Source: Anolis carolinensis (lineage: Eukaryota). From it: a stretch of DNA of 64,000 bases. The DNA is taken from positions 127,798,897 to 127,862,896 of the forward strand of contig NC_085845.1 of the NCBI RefSeq assembly GCF_035594765.1. The letters are read 5' to 3'. This document shows positions 37,549-50,405 of the stretch, one piece after another (position 1 is the stretch's first letter; every line of letters starts with the position of its first letter). A model generated the notes under the pieces. It ran no database searches. It was not told where the DNA came from and was given only the letters and a program-made list of their open reading frames with translations. The position numbers and the translations under genes were made by a program.

Positions 37549-38136
37549 CAGTAGAGTCTCACTTATCCAAGACTCGCTTATCCAAGATTCTAGATTATTC
37601 AAATGCATTTTTGTAGTCAATGTTTTCAATATATCGTGATATTTTGGTGCTAAATTTGTAAATACAGTAATTACAACATAACATTACTGCGTATTGAACT
37701 ACTTTTTCTATTATTATTATCATCATTTATGTAGCACCACTAATGTACATGGTTCTTTACAAGTAAAACAACTAAACACAGTGAGCTCTGCCAACGGCAT
37801 ACAGATTGAAATACAGTAGAGTCTCACTTATCCAACATTCGCTTATCCAACGTTCTGGATTATCCAACGCATTTTTATAGTAAATGTTTTCAATATATCA
37901 TGATATTTTGGTGCTAAATTCGTAAATACAGCCATTACTATGTAGAATTACTGTATATTGAACTACTTTTTCTGTCAAATTTGTTGTATAACATGATGTT
38001 TCGGTGCTTAATTTGTAAAATCATAACCTATTTTGATGTTTAATAGGCTTTTCCTTAATCCCTCCTTATTATCCAAGATATTCGCTTATCCAAGGTTCTG
38101 CCGGCCCGTTTAGCTTGGATAAGTGAGACTCTACTG
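37549..38136. mobile_element. Composite: half MITE (37549-37710), 103-bp passenger, full MITE (37814-38136)
   Basis: TIR CAGTAGAGTCTCACTTATCCAA at 37549 and 37814; right TIR ends at 38136; outer TA flanks. Confidence 0.85.
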
Positions 38137-39131
38137 TATTACTTTTTCCATAGCAAACTGGGCAAACTGAAAGAAAAGGTATTCCAAGTGACTGAAGCTA
38201 GAAATAATTTTCTTGACCAAAAAAAAATATTGGAACACTTTGGAAAATGGTACATGTGTTCAGCTCTTCTATTATTTTTAGTTCTTTATATAGATGTTTT
38301 TATAATCTCTAGCAGACATTTCTCTGAATTTCCATTATAACTATCTTGTTTTCCCTTTCCCATTAAACTTCATTTTCTTGCACTTTGTGATGCTCTTTAG
38401 GGATGTCAGGAGAAAGAGGTGGGCCTTTGTTTAAGCATAATTCCTTTGCTTGACTACAGAATCCACATGGTTCTTGTTAATCATTTCTAATTTCTCCTCA
38501 TCAAGTAGTCCAAAAAGAAAACACACCCCATAGCATATAGCTGTAGCCTAAATATTCATATTTATGGTCAGAAGACTCATGTTCACACAAACATAAATGA
38601 ACACGAATGATACAAATGACAGAGAAGAAAGACTGTGTCTACTACTTGCTTTGAAATACTGTTTGGTTAGTGCATTAGTATTTGGAGGCACAACCAGATG
38701 GCATGATCCAACTATACCCCAACCCCATTTATGTGAAGGTGAAATTATAATTCTTATCCCTCCTTTGAGCTGTTGGGGAGGAATAGATTGCATAATGCAT
38801 TTTTCCCCAAAATCCCATGTCACATCTACCCATTCTTTCAGACTCCATTATTATGTCCCTTTTTCCAGAATCAGCTCTCTGCTTAGAATGCACGCACAAA
38901 TAGTATCTGAGGCAAAGGTTAGAAAAATTATTTGTGTGACTATAGCTTCTGGCATTCCTCAACCAACACAATCCCCATGATGGCTAGAAGTTTCTTGGAG
39001 CTGTAGCCATAAAGGACATTTCAAAGGTCTAAATTCAATTGAGCCATGGCTGGCCTCACCGACACTTCTGAAAATCCATTCCTGACCAGTGCCACCTACT
39101 CAGTTCTTCCCACTTCTCTTCTTGTTGCCAG

Positions 39132-39235
39132 GGGACATCAGCAGCTTAGTTCCTGGCATTCATGTGAAGCTGTATTATTCATTTTACAAGTATGTGGAGC
39201 TGAAAATATCCCACATTGCTGTTTTAACTTTACAG
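39132..39235 (+). pseudogene. Beta-defensin-like exon relic
   Basis: Long pyrimidine tract plus CAG; frame S-C-EAVLFILQV-C-GAENIPH-CC-FNF (x9, x7). Confidence 0.5.
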
Positions 39236-39354
39236 GTTTTGGAGTATGCTTCTTTGTTAGTGAACAAAATTGGATTGGTGGGAGGTGACATTTTAAGAGC
39301 ATATTTTAGTGCACAATTTTTAAATTTCACATAAAGTTTGTATGCAGCCATCTA

Positions 39355-39677
39355 CAGTAGAGTCTCACTTATCCAACATAAACGGGCCGGCAAAATGTTG
39401 GATAAGCGAATATGTTGGATAATAAGGAGGGGTTAAGGAAAAGCCTATTAAACATCAAATTAGGTTATGATTTTACAAATTAAGCACCAAAACATCATGT
39501 TATACAACAAATTTGTCAGAAAAAGTAGTTCAATACGCAGTAATGCTATGGAGTAATTACTGAATTTACAAATTTAGCACCTAACTATCACGATGTATTG
39601 AAAACATTGACTACAAAAATGCGTTGGATAATCCAGAACATTGAATAAATGAGTGTTGGATAAGTGAGAGACTACTG
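39355..39677. mobile_element. Tc1/pogo-like MITE
   Basis: Same family as 7311; TA TSD. Confidence 0.92.
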
Positions 39678-39842
39678 TATTGACTAAATATGGTTGTTTT
39701 GCATTTTTGACATGTATATCATTTTCAAATAAGCATATTGATTCAGATATATTTTTCAGGTTGCTGGGGTAAAGTCTATTTAGCTAGTGTTTATTTTGGG
39801 ATGGGCAAACCCATATCCAAAACACACCTTACAACTGTCGCA

Positions 39843-39989
39843 GCCACCTTCTATACTGCCATATAATCCAGGTTATCAAAGCAGATAATCCACATTATCT
39901 GCTTTGAATTGGATTATATGAGTCTACACTGCCATATAATCCAGTTCAAAGCAAATAATCTGGATTTTAAATGGCAGTGTAAAGGGGTC
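39843..39989. mobile_element. Harbinger-like MITE
   Basis: CTTCTATACTGCCATATAATCCAG ... CTGGATTTTAAATGGCAGTGTAAAG inverted termini. Confidence 0.75.
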
Positions 39990-40118
39990 TCAATTAGTCA
40001 GGGATAGACCCAATTAGGTTTAGGTTGCTCTCAGTTAACTCAGGGAAGACAGTAGAAGGAGAAATCTTTCCCGTCACAGTAGGCTTCCGTCAAAGCAAAT
40101 TGCTACAACTTTTCCCAG

Positions 40119-40225
40119 CTTTTGTGTTCTTGCTCAGTAATGACTTTTTGCCATCTTGTCCTCACTTTGATGTTGCTGGGTCACATAGTTCCCAGTTATC
40201 ATCTATGAAATGTTGCAGGGTATGA
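40119..40225 (+). pseudogene. Beta-defensin-like exon (open frame)
   Basis: Acceptor CTTTTCCCAG; phase 1 AFVFLLSND[F]LPS-C-PHFDVAGS[H]SSQLSSMK-CC-RV*. Confidence 0.55.
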
Positions 40226-40252
40226 CAATTAAATGAAGTACATTTTTTACAC

Positions 40253-40750
40253 TTTTTTGAATATTTTATTGAAATTTTATATAGGTAAACATCAAAAGAA
40301 AGAAAAATGAATTGAGGGGAAAAACAATGGAAAAAATGAAAGGGAAAAAAGGGACAAAAGAAAAAAAGGTAGAATTTGTACTTCCATTCTTCTTCTTTGC
40401 TGGGTTTAGTGTTTGTCTTATCATATATAAAAATATAAATGTTTCCTCCCAGTCTCCCCGCCCCCCCTCCGATAGTCCATAGGTGTGTCCTTTTCCATAT
40501 CTGTTATATCATTAAAGTCTTATTTTCTTTCTCCATATAAGATCTGAATAGTTCCCAATCTGTTATCTTCTTAGGTTTTCCTTGGTGTCTTGTTAGGAGT
40601 TGGATCAGTCTGTCCATGCTCATCACTTCAAAAATTTTGTTCTGTCATTCTTCTTTTGTGGGTAGTTCTTGTAGTCTCCACTTTCTGACATATACTATTC
40701 TCGCTGTTGTGAATAAGTTATTGAAAAGAATATCTTTGTTTAGTTCCAGC
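40253..40750 (-). mobile_element. L1 LINE 3' fragment
   Basis: Minus frame FTTARIVYVRKWRLQELPTKEE*..MDRL..ITDWELF; minus-strand AATAAA near 40265. Confidence 0.85.
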
Positions 40751-41854
40751 TTTTATGTCTCTGTACTTAAAGTCATTTCCCAAACTAATCATTGAGTAAA
40801 TTCAGGTTCAAGTCAGAACACAAAAAACCAACTTTCCTGAATGGATAAACATTTTCTCCTATTTCCTTTTTTTTTTTTGGGGGGGGGGGGGTCCAAAGTG
40901 GGAGCTCTATTGCCAAAATATTGACAACCATTTTTTAGCTATACAGTTCATCATTCATTAGCTTTATGTCTTCTCAACATCTATGCTTCTGCACAATTCA
41001 GTTCTCAAATTACCTCTCCTCTACATTTACATGAAGGAAACATTTTTCATTTTAGTGATACCATCTTATATACGTATAGGTGAACTTCCATGCTCTTTTT
41101 ACCTTTGTAAAGCTTATTAATTGGTTTGTGGAATTTTAACCTTCTGGGGTTTTATATAGTCCCATTTTAATAAAAATAGTCTTTTAACCTGTTAGCCCCT
41201 ACCTTTCGCTCATGGATCCTTTTAATTACAATTTCAATATGTTTGACTTAACATGGCCTTAATACTCCAGTGCCTCAAAATCTTACTAACATTTCATGGG
41301 CTTATTCATAAGTAGATCTCCTGAGGCAACAGTGTTAAGGCTACTATCAAAGAATGCCTTTTGAAGGGCCAAGGTAAGGGAAGTGTGGTAGATGCTTATT
41401 GGTGAATTTTCCTTATATACATGTACATGTTCTTTTTTTATCACAACTCCTATTTGACATATTGATCTGGGGATTTGGGGTATTGTAATTTTCCAAGCTT
41501 TTCCAAGTTGTGTATCACATATGGGGTAGTGTCTCCTCAACTGAAATAGCTAGATAGCATCATTTCTCTCTGCTTACTGACTATACACCATTCAATGTGA
41601 ATTGTGATTATAAGATGATTGTCTGTAGCCTTTGCATGTTTCCCTTACTTCATCAATTTTCAAATACAAGTCCCTATATTCTATATAAAATTTTATTGAT
41701 CAGTTAATAATTAACCATCTCCTGAGATGGGATTAAAGAATGGGATTTCAGAGTTCAGGCTGAGAAACAGTGCAAGAGCCATAATCCTTGGGAAGTCTTG
41801 CTATATATAATGAGAAAGTCAGTGAATTCTTTTTGAAGTGAGATTACTGCAGAT

Positions 41855-41968
41855 CGGTGGTTCTCAACCTGGGGTCCCTCCCAGAAATCCTAACATCTGG
41901 TAAACTGGCTCACATTTCTGGGAGTTATAGGCCAAAAACATCTGGGGACCCCAAGTTGAGAACCATTG
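41855..41968. mobile_element. Small hAT MITE (CAGTGGTTCTCAACCT-type TIR)
   Basis: TSD CTGCAGAT / CTGTAGAT; related truncated copy at 59187-59300. Confidence 0.85.
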
Positions 41969-41988
41969 CTGTAGATGTAGATGTAAAT

Positions 41989-42822
41989 CAGGGGTCCTCA
42001 AACTTTTAAAGCAGAGAGCTGTTCCACAATCTTTCAGACTGTTGAGGGGCCAAATTATCATGTGAAAATAAATACGAACAAATTACTATCCACTCTGCAC
42101 ATGTCTTATTTGTAGTGCAAAAAACAACAATAACAACAATGAAAGAACAATACAATATTTAAAAATAAAAACAATTTTAACCAAATGGTTCTGGCCCAAT
42201 CTACTTGTCTGAACGTATCTTCTCCTACAAACCAGTAAGATCACTAAGATAATCTGGAGAGGCCCTGATCTCGGTCCCACCTGCCTCACAGGTGCGGCTG
42301 GTGGGAATGAGGGACAGGGCCTTCTCAGTGGTGACTCCCCGGCTGTGGAACACCCTACCTGGAGATATCTGACAGGCTCCTACCTTGCTGGGATTCAGAA
42401 GGGCCGTGAAAACATGGTTATGTGCCCAAGCTTTTGATGAGTAAATGATAAAGTTGACATGGCCTGATTTAAGGATGAAACATGAGGATCTCGGATGAAT
42501 GGAATTAATTATATATACGTTTTTAAGGTTTTTATAATGTATTTTAACAATGTTATTAATGGATCTGTACATATTGGTTTGTTTTTATGATTGCATTTTG
42601 GGCATTACATTTTTCCAATTTTTGGAAGCCGCCCTGAGTCCCCTCGGGTGAGAAGAGCAGGGTATAAATGTTGTAAATAAATAAATAAACATAAACCTAT
42701 CAGGATTTCAATGGAAAGTGTGGGCCTGCTTCTGGCCAATGAGATAGTCAGGTTAATTAGGATTGTTGTTGTGTACCTTCAAGTAATTTCAGACTTGGGG
42801 CAAGCCTAAGTCTAAAACTGAG
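41989..42822. mobile_element. Older copy of the 253/49534 hAT family, right end missing, with an L2 3' fragment inserted (~42184-42688, +)
   Basis: Left TIR CAGGGGTCCTCAAAC; L2 motif RAFSVVTPRLWNTLP and (AAAT)n tail. Confidence 0.85.
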
Positions 42823-43116
42823 AGCAGTCTTCCTCATACAGGGATTCAGCATCTGCAATGTAGAATGGACTGATATGATACAAGAAGACTCAATATCAAC
42901 AGTTGCATCACAATAACTATTGGTCTGCTACCAATGGTTGGATTCTGATGGTTAATAAACACTAGGTCCAACTTGCGTGGTTCACCAAAAGAACCAAGAA
43001 ATCACTATTTAGGGGTGGGTGCATCAAGGGTGATGTGGAGGTAATGAGACTGTGTCTACCCCACCAAAATAATGAAACTCCGCAGAAGCAAAGAAACAAA
43101 ACCATTTAGTACAGTT

Positions 43117-43365
43117 CAGGCCCGTAGCCAGGATTTTGATTCGGGAGGGGGGCAGCTGAGTCTGGACGAGAGAGGATCTACCCTAGCAAAAGTTTTGTAT
43201 TGTTATCCCAATACCACCATGCATATAGGATATATTGAGTATGGTGATCAGATCATGATATGAATGAACATAACAGTTTAAATAATAAATGTAAGGCTTT
43301 CTCGCGGACCACCTTGAGAATTTCAGGGGGAGGGCTGAAGCCCCTCAAGCTTCTGTACATGCCTG
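43117..43365. mobile_element. hAT MITE (same family as 28746)
   Basis: Perfect 8-bp TSD GTACAGTT. Confidence 0.9.
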
Positions 43366-44667
43366 GTACAGTTCAACAACTGTCATTTGTAAATTAAATA
43401 TAGCAAAACAACCATTAGAAGATGAATGAAATGGGTCAGTTTTCCTAAAACAGAAAAGGTGAACAACCAGTTTTCCTTCCCTTATAACCTCCCCCCACTC
43501 CAACAGCAAAAACTAAAAGGGCTTTCAGCAGCAACCACAAATATTTATTTTTAAGAGAGATTATTTCAAACCAAGACCAGATTCCAATGTGAAGGGAAAT
43601 TGTGATGAATAAAGACATTTGTTGCTTGCACCATATGCCTTGCGTAAGTGTTCCAACTCATTACTCATTATTTCCCTGCTGAGAGAGGTCATCTGGAGAT
43701 TTTGTATGATGTACCACCTGTTTATCCTTGTAAGGTAAACTTTTTAAGGTTGTGTGAATCTGTACTGCATGTATGCCTAAAACAGGTTATATCACTAAGA
43801 AGACTAACAGTATAAATATAATTAATATGAGGGTGTTGATGGATTTTAACTGATGAAAGTGTAATATGTACCAAAAAATGTGGATAAGTTTTCATGCATC
43901 TGATAAAGTGAGCTGCAGCCCATGAATGCTTGTAGTACTTCAGTACACCTTTGCTTACAGTGCATCTCATGGAAATAAAATAGGCACAAAGGTCATTTGT
44001 TTTTTTATTGTTGTTAATTTAAGCTGAAACTATTTTAGGATGATTTCTGGTAGAATTTATTCAGAGGAGGTTTCCCATTGCTTTTTTCTTGAGCTGAAAA
44101 TACTTGGCTTGCTCAAGGTTATTATTATCATCATTTATTTATGTAGCACCACCAATGTACATGGTTCTTTACAAGTAAAACAACCAAACACAGTGAGCTC
44201 TGCCAACGGCATACAGATTGAAATATATGTATACTAGTGTATATGCCCAGCTACTTACTCCCTTCTCCAGCTCTGAGAAGGCCTACCTCATAATGTCTCC
44301 AAGGCAACACTTTTGGCACTAATAAGCAGACTTTGTGGCTCTTTCTTTCCTTCTTCGATTGACTCACACACTTGCTCCCTCTCTCTCTTTTCCTTTATTT
44401 CCCTCTTCCCTTGCTTTCCCTCATACATCTTCTTCCTCTTTTTTCTTTCCTTTCTCTTTTTTTCTTTTTCTTCTTTTCTCTTCTGTTCTTTTTCTTTGCT
44501 TCTTCCCTTCCTTTCCCCCATACTGTCAAGAAGTTATACAGGGAATCCCTGCCAAGGCAGTCACTCATGTTGCCATGGGGAGATGTGAGGTAGGACTTCT
44601 CAGAGCTGGAGAAGGGAGAAAGGAAAAAAAAGAATGATTAAAAGAAGGGTAATAAAGGAAATATTAT

Positions 44668-44979
44668 GCCCCCGGTGGCACTGCGGGTTAGACTGCTGAG
44701 CTTGCTGATCGAAAGGTCAGCAGTTCGAATCCAGGGAGCGGAGTGAGCTCCCGCTGTTAGCCCCAGCTTCTGCCAACCTAGTAGTTTGAAAACATGCAAA
44801 TGTGAGTAGATCAATAGGTACCGCTCCAGTGGTAAAGTAACGGTGCTCCATGCAGTCATTCCGGCCACATGACCGTGGAGGTATTTATAGACAACACCGG
44901 CTCTTCGGCTTTGAAATGGAGATGAGCACCAACCCCCAGAGTCTAGACTTAATGTCAGGGGAAAACATTTATCTTTGCC
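44668..44979 (+). mobile_element. Sauria SINE
   Basis: Consensus match; TSD TAATAAAGGAA. Confidence 0.95.
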
Positions 44980-45770
44980 TAATAAAGGAATGGAGAGGAA
45001 GGCAGAGAGGCAGAAAGAAATAAAAAGGAGGGAAGTAAGGAACAGAAAGGAAAGGGGGAAAGGATGAGGGGAAGGAAAGAGAAAGAAGGGATGAAAGCAG
45101 GGTACAGTGGGCTCTCCAACATAGTGTATATGCTGGACTTTATATTATACTCTACTATAATATAAAGCAAATGGATAAATATAGGTAATCAAACTGTACA
45201 AGGTCATAAATCAATATTAAACTAAAATTACAAAAGGTTTAGATAACAAGGAATTTTTAATTGAGATTTTGAAATAATGAGGGAAGGAGCAGCCTGTAAA
45301 AGTTACCCAGGAAGTTTCTATAGCTGTGCATGGATTCAAACACTGATCAAACCTTGAAATACTAATCCAATCACTCCATCTCAGAAATAAAAGCTGCTAA
45401 AATGTAGACAATACAAACTGTGCACAAACATGTTTTAATCAATGGAGTAAATGTGTACAAAATGGGGAAAAAGCATAAACATTCGGGGAAAATGCATATA
45501 AAATCTCATAATGCCCATATGGTAAGAAAAGCAAAGTTCTACAGCCTGGTATAAACAGCTGTTACTTCAAATTACATTTTTAACGCTTCAGTCCAATGCA
45601 CACTTAATGAGAAGTATGTTCCACTGAACTCGATGGGATTCACAATTGAGTAAACATGTGTAGGATTACACATTTAAAGAGGAAAATTGGTTTCAGAGCA
45701 AAAGCCTACATTTATTTATATATCAACTGAAATATTTATGTTTTGCCTTTCTGTTCATCTTGTCTCCCAG

Positions 45771-45880
45771 GAGAATATGAATGCAGTACAAAACAAATAT
45801 CTACATTGCAATGACTTTACTGTACTTATTTTAAGCTATAACTGTTTGTATTCTTCAAACAAAGTCTATAATGGGCCAGC
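45771..45880 (+). pseudogene. Beta-defensin-like exon relic
   Basis: Strong acceptor CATCTTGTCTCCCAG; phase 1 GEYE-C-STKQ..., HC and LYC with frameshifts and stops. Confidence 0.35.
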
Positions 45881-47102
45881 CTGATATATTCCAAACCATA
45901 ATAGGTCTGAATCCCATTGGTCTAAAGGGTTTCTGAAGCTGGTTTTGACATCTTGACATTTACCAGTAATTCTGGAATGCTTCAAAGAAAAGAACTTTTT
46001 TCATGAGGAGCAGGAAATGTTGGTTTGCCTCCATTGCTGAATGCTTTGTAATGTAATAGAAATCACAAAATTTCCATTCTGGGCTGTGGTGTGCTTCATG
46101 CTGCTGTTTTGTTCTCTGTTGTAGAGGATGTGGCAATAACAAGGTGGACAAGAGGAGAGTAACGTTTTGTATCATAGGTCTGCAGCCTTGTAGTTTTCCA
46201 TTTTTACAGAAAAGCTAAAAAAATCAGATGGTGGAACAATCCAAGCTGCATAATCTGCATACCCTTAGTATAATGGGAAAATGGGGATTCCAACACACAC
46301 AAAAAGCTCCCACCAGTAGAGGATTTAGGGAAGAAAGGCATTTGTTGATAATGTGAAATCATTATCTACTCACCCTGAATCCAGTGCTGGCAGTCTTTAT
46401 GATGGTTTTAGTCCTTAACCTTACTACTACTTCTACTTCTACTTCTTCTATTTATACTTTATCTTTCCCAAATGAGACTCAAAGCAGCCCCACGACTTTG
46501 CTCCATGATAAGCAAAGTTGGGACACAATCTGGATTTTTCAGTGAACTCCAAAGTATCTGTGGGCTTCACAGTCATCTGAACAGCTGGATAGGGTTTGTT
46601 TCCTACTGGTCTATTGTCCATATGGACACAGTGACTATCAACCTTTCACCACTGGCCATCACTACTTCTCATTCTTTGTCATTTGTGTTTCTGCCACTGC
46701 TCCTCACTGGTCATAGAGCTTCCTGTTGAGCACCTGGACATTGTGATCACATCAACTGAGGTCAGAATGGTGTATCCATGTGATCAACATGAAGGAGGAG
46801 ATTACTGACATATGAACACTCCATTATGATTCAGCAATATAACTGTGACAGCCAGACACTCTCAAGGAGCTCAGTGAGGAGCAACAATGGAAACTCAGAT
46901 GACAAGGAGAGAGCCCAGAGCAGTTGATGCTTCAGATTGCCCCAGATTAAACAGCTGATCTAGATGCGGTCTTAGCTGCCAAGAAAAAATGTTCAGTTAT
47001 GATATGCTTTGGGCTCTTTCTAAAAATAATTAATTGCTGTTCCTGGTGTGTATTTTTTAAAAGAGCAATGTACTCTTCTATTTGTTTTCCAACCTGTTTC
47101 CT

Positions 47103-47388
47103 ACTTGCTGACCAAAAGGTCGGCCATTCAAATCCAGGGAGTGGGGTGAGCTCCCACTGTTAGCTCCAGCTTCTGCCAGCCTAACAGTTCAATAACATGC
47201 AAATGTGAGTAGATCAATAGGTACCGCTCCGGTGGGAAGGTAATGGCACGCCATGCAGTCCTGCCAGCCACATGACCTTGGAGGTGTCTGCAAACAATGC
47301 CGGCTCTTCAACTTAGAAATGGAGATAAGCACCAACCCCCAGAATTGGACACAACTAGACTTAATGTCAGGAAAAATCCTTTACCTTT
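47103..47388 (+). mobile_element. 5'-truncated Sauria SINE
   Basis: Consensus match from ACTTGCTGACC to the ACCTTT tail. Confidence 0.93.
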
Positions 47389-47673
47389 AACTAAAGGCCT
47401 GCTTGACTGCTTGCTTGCTTTTTCCTCTAGATACTAGAAATCTGGTTCATAGCTCACCACAAAAAAGGATTCATTTTGTCAAGTCTTGCCATTTTCTTTT
47501 CAATTAATATTTATACTTTTACTTTTGTTATCAATAAATGCTAGTACAATTTGCATCTATGAGCTTATTAATTCTCTTGTCTACAACAACATTCTTGTTA
47601 GCACACTTGGCTATGTTGTAACATGCTAGACTTAGTAAATGAGAAGACATCAAAATGTCATATCATTCTACAG

Positions 47674-47835
47674 ACATACAACATTCTAATCAGAAAAGTA
47701 AAACATTGGAATTTTTGTCTCTTCTTTTGAAGGGCAATGTCCAAGGCATTATGAAAAAATGAAATGGTGGCAAACGGTAAGAGTTGCTGTTGTCACAACA
47801 AGGTATGCTCCTCTCTACCCATATCTATAAATAAA
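47674..47835 (+). pseudogene. Beta-defensin-like terminal exon relic
   Basis: WNF-C-LFF / GQ-C-PRHYEKMKW-[TG-]-ANGKS-CCC; AATAAA at 47830; paralog at 51174. Confidence 0.6.
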
Positions 47836-48005
47836 AAATGACCCAGGTACAAACAGGCATATGTCTGATTAATGATAAAAAAAGCTCGGCGTGCACTAGA
47901 TTTGTTCTGCAAATAACTTTGTCTCTATATTAATAACTTGTTAATATTAATTTGCTATTTGATTTTACAAATATAAGCAGCTGGACTATTTATGGTTAGG
48001 AACCT

Positions 48006-48098
48006 ACCCTGACCCGGGCTGGCTTCAAACCATGACCTCTTGGTCAGTAGTGATTTATTGCAGCTGGCTACTAACCAGCTGCGCCACAGCCCAGTCCC
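48006..48098 (-). mobile_element. 5' fragment of a tRNA-derived SINE
   Basis: Reverse complement of the head of the SINE at 48165. Confidence 0.8.
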
Positions 48099-48164
48099 AT
48101 TTTGTTTGATTTTTGTAACAAAAAGCTAGTCTCCTCCTTTTTCAAGAGTTGGGAGGAATATGCT

Positions 48165-48546
48165 GGGCTGGACTGTGGTGCAGCTGGTTAGTAGCCATCT
48201 GTAATAAATCACTTCTGACTGAGAGATCATGAGTTCAAAGCCAGCTCAGGTTGGATTGAGCTCCCGACTCTTATTAACCTTGCTCGCTGTTGACCTATGC
48301 AGCTTGGAAGACAGTTGCATTTGTTGAGTAGAAAATTTAGGTACCGCTTTATATGGGGAGGCTAATTTAACTAATTTAAGACACCATGAAAACCTCCAGC
48401 AGAAAGAATGAGGAAGTAGTCCATAAAGGATTTGGTGTCATAAGTGGACAATGAAACGGCAGCTCTCCCTGTGGCCAGAATCAAACATACTGTCCTGAAG
48501 CCAGAAGCTGGAAAATGTTAAATTGCCTCTGTCTGTCTATGTGTTG
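48165..48546 (+). mobile_element. tRNA-derived SINE (Sauria-related variant)
   Basis: A box TGGTGCAGCTGG, B box GTTCAAAGCC, TGAGTAGAAAATTTAGGTACCGC core. Confidence 0.75.
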
Positions 48547-49001
48547 TAGGCTTGTCCGATCGATGGAAAAAATGTTTCAATTCTCGTTTCTAAAGTAGGG
48601 GGTGCCGGCGCTTCGATATAGAAATTATTTCTGAATTTTTCACCCAAAATTTTTGGATATTTCCAAAAATTCATAATAATTCTTAATGTTTCTAAAATGG
48701 CGGGCACGCATGGGCAATCGCCCCCAAAGAAAGGAAACCGGGGGGACTTTTACAGGGCTCTCCCACCCTCATTTCTTGAGCTATCCTCATCAAATTTGGT
48801 ACAGTGGGAGATCACATTCAACACTCTTTGCTCAACAAATTGCAGAACGTTTCCTGTCTCCTATGACTTTTGGCGAATTTTCATAACTTTTTATAATACA
48901 CTATTTTTCAATATTTGAAGAAACCTGTTCCTGGTTTGAAAGTCTTATTTCCTGTTCAATTGGGTTCTTAGCACTGTAAAAGTCCCTCTTCTACTTGTGT
49001 A

Positions 49002-49817
49002 GACTTTGGATTAGAAACGCAGCACACGCCAAGCAATGCCTTGGCAGGAGTGCCACTGTCCTTTGGAAACTATAAATTGTCTTTGAACCTTTTGATCAAT
49101 GGTGCCACTGGCTGACCTTGTGATTGCAAAAATGAAACTCTGGCCGAGGACTTTGGATTAGAAATGCAGCACACGCCAAGCAATGCCTTGACAGGATTGG
49201 CAATGTCCTTTGGAAACTATAAATTGCTGTAGACCCTCTATTGAATCAAATCAATGTCTGACTTTGTGATTGCAGAAATAAAACTCAGCCCAAGGCTTGG
49301 GAATAGAAATGGAGCATGAGGGAAGCAATGCCTTAGCAGAAGTGCCCACGTCCTTTGGAAACTATAAATTGCTGTGGGCCCTCTATTGAATCAAATCAAT
49401 GTCTGACTTTGTGATTGCAGAAATAAAACTCAGCCCAAGGCTTGGGAATAGAAATGGAGCGTGAGGGAAGCAATGCCTTGGCAGGAGTGCCCACGTCCTT
49501 TGGAAACTATAAATTGCTGTGGACCCTCTATTGCAGGGGTCCTCAAACTTTTTAAGCCGAGGGCCGGTCCACAATCCTTCAGATTGTTGAGGGGCCGGAT
49601 TATCATTTGAAAAAAAAATACAAACAAATTCCGATGCACACTGCACATGTCTTATTTGTAGTGCAACAACAACAACAACAACAACAACAACAAGAACTAT
49701 GAAAGAACAATACATTATTTAAAAATAAAAACAATTTTAACAAACATACATTTATCAGGATTTCAATGGGAAGTGTGGTCCTGCTTCTGGCCAATGAGAT
49801 AGTCAAGTTAATTAGGG

Positions 49818-49848
<31 letters not shown>

Positions 49849-50405
49849 GGTTGTGTGCCTTCAAGTCATTTCAGACTTTGGGCGAGCCTAAGTCTAAAAT
49901 GTATGTATTTATTTATTTATTATTTACTTCATTTATTTACTACATTTGTATCACACCCTTCTCACCCCAAAGGGGACTCAGAGTGGCTTACAAATTATAT
50001 GTACATACAATATATTATATTATTAGCATAGCACAATATTAGCATTATATATTACTATATTGAACTATGCCACTATACTGTAATATTATTAGTAATATTA
50101 TATGTAATATAGAATATATAATTAATATTATTATATGGTATTAGTGTTATATTGTATTACATTATAATATTATCAATATTATATGTATATACAATATATT
50201 ATATTATAAAACTGAGGGCGGGGGCCAGGTAAATGACCTTGGAGGGCCGCATCCGGCCCCCGGGCCTTAGTTTGGGGACCCCTGCTCTATTGAATCAAAT
50301 CAATGTCTGACTTTGTGATTGCAGAAATAAAACTCAGCCCAAGGCTTGGGAATAGAAATGGAGCATGAGGGAAGCAATGCCTTGGCAGGTGCCCCACGTC
50401 CTTTG
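49002..50405. repeat. ~145-bp tandem repeat (~4.5 units) interrupted by a MITE
   Basis: CTTTGGAAACTATAAATTG at 49061, 49208, 49353 and 49498; the unit resumes at 50285. Confidence 0.92.
49534..50284. mobile_element. hAT MITE copy 2 (751 bp)
   Basis: Same TIRs as 253; perfect 8-bp TSD CTCTATTG. Confidence 0.96.

Noticed and set aside
41040-41540. Possible old L1/Tx1 remnant on the minus strand
   Set aside because: Motif similarity too weak to support.
44288-45170. Lys/Glu-rich and Phe/Ser-rich ORFs
   Set aside because: Low-complexity purine and pyrimidine tracts.
49002-50405. Regularly spaced repeats considered as CRISPR-like
   Set aside because: Whole units repeat with no unique spacers; eukaryotic context.
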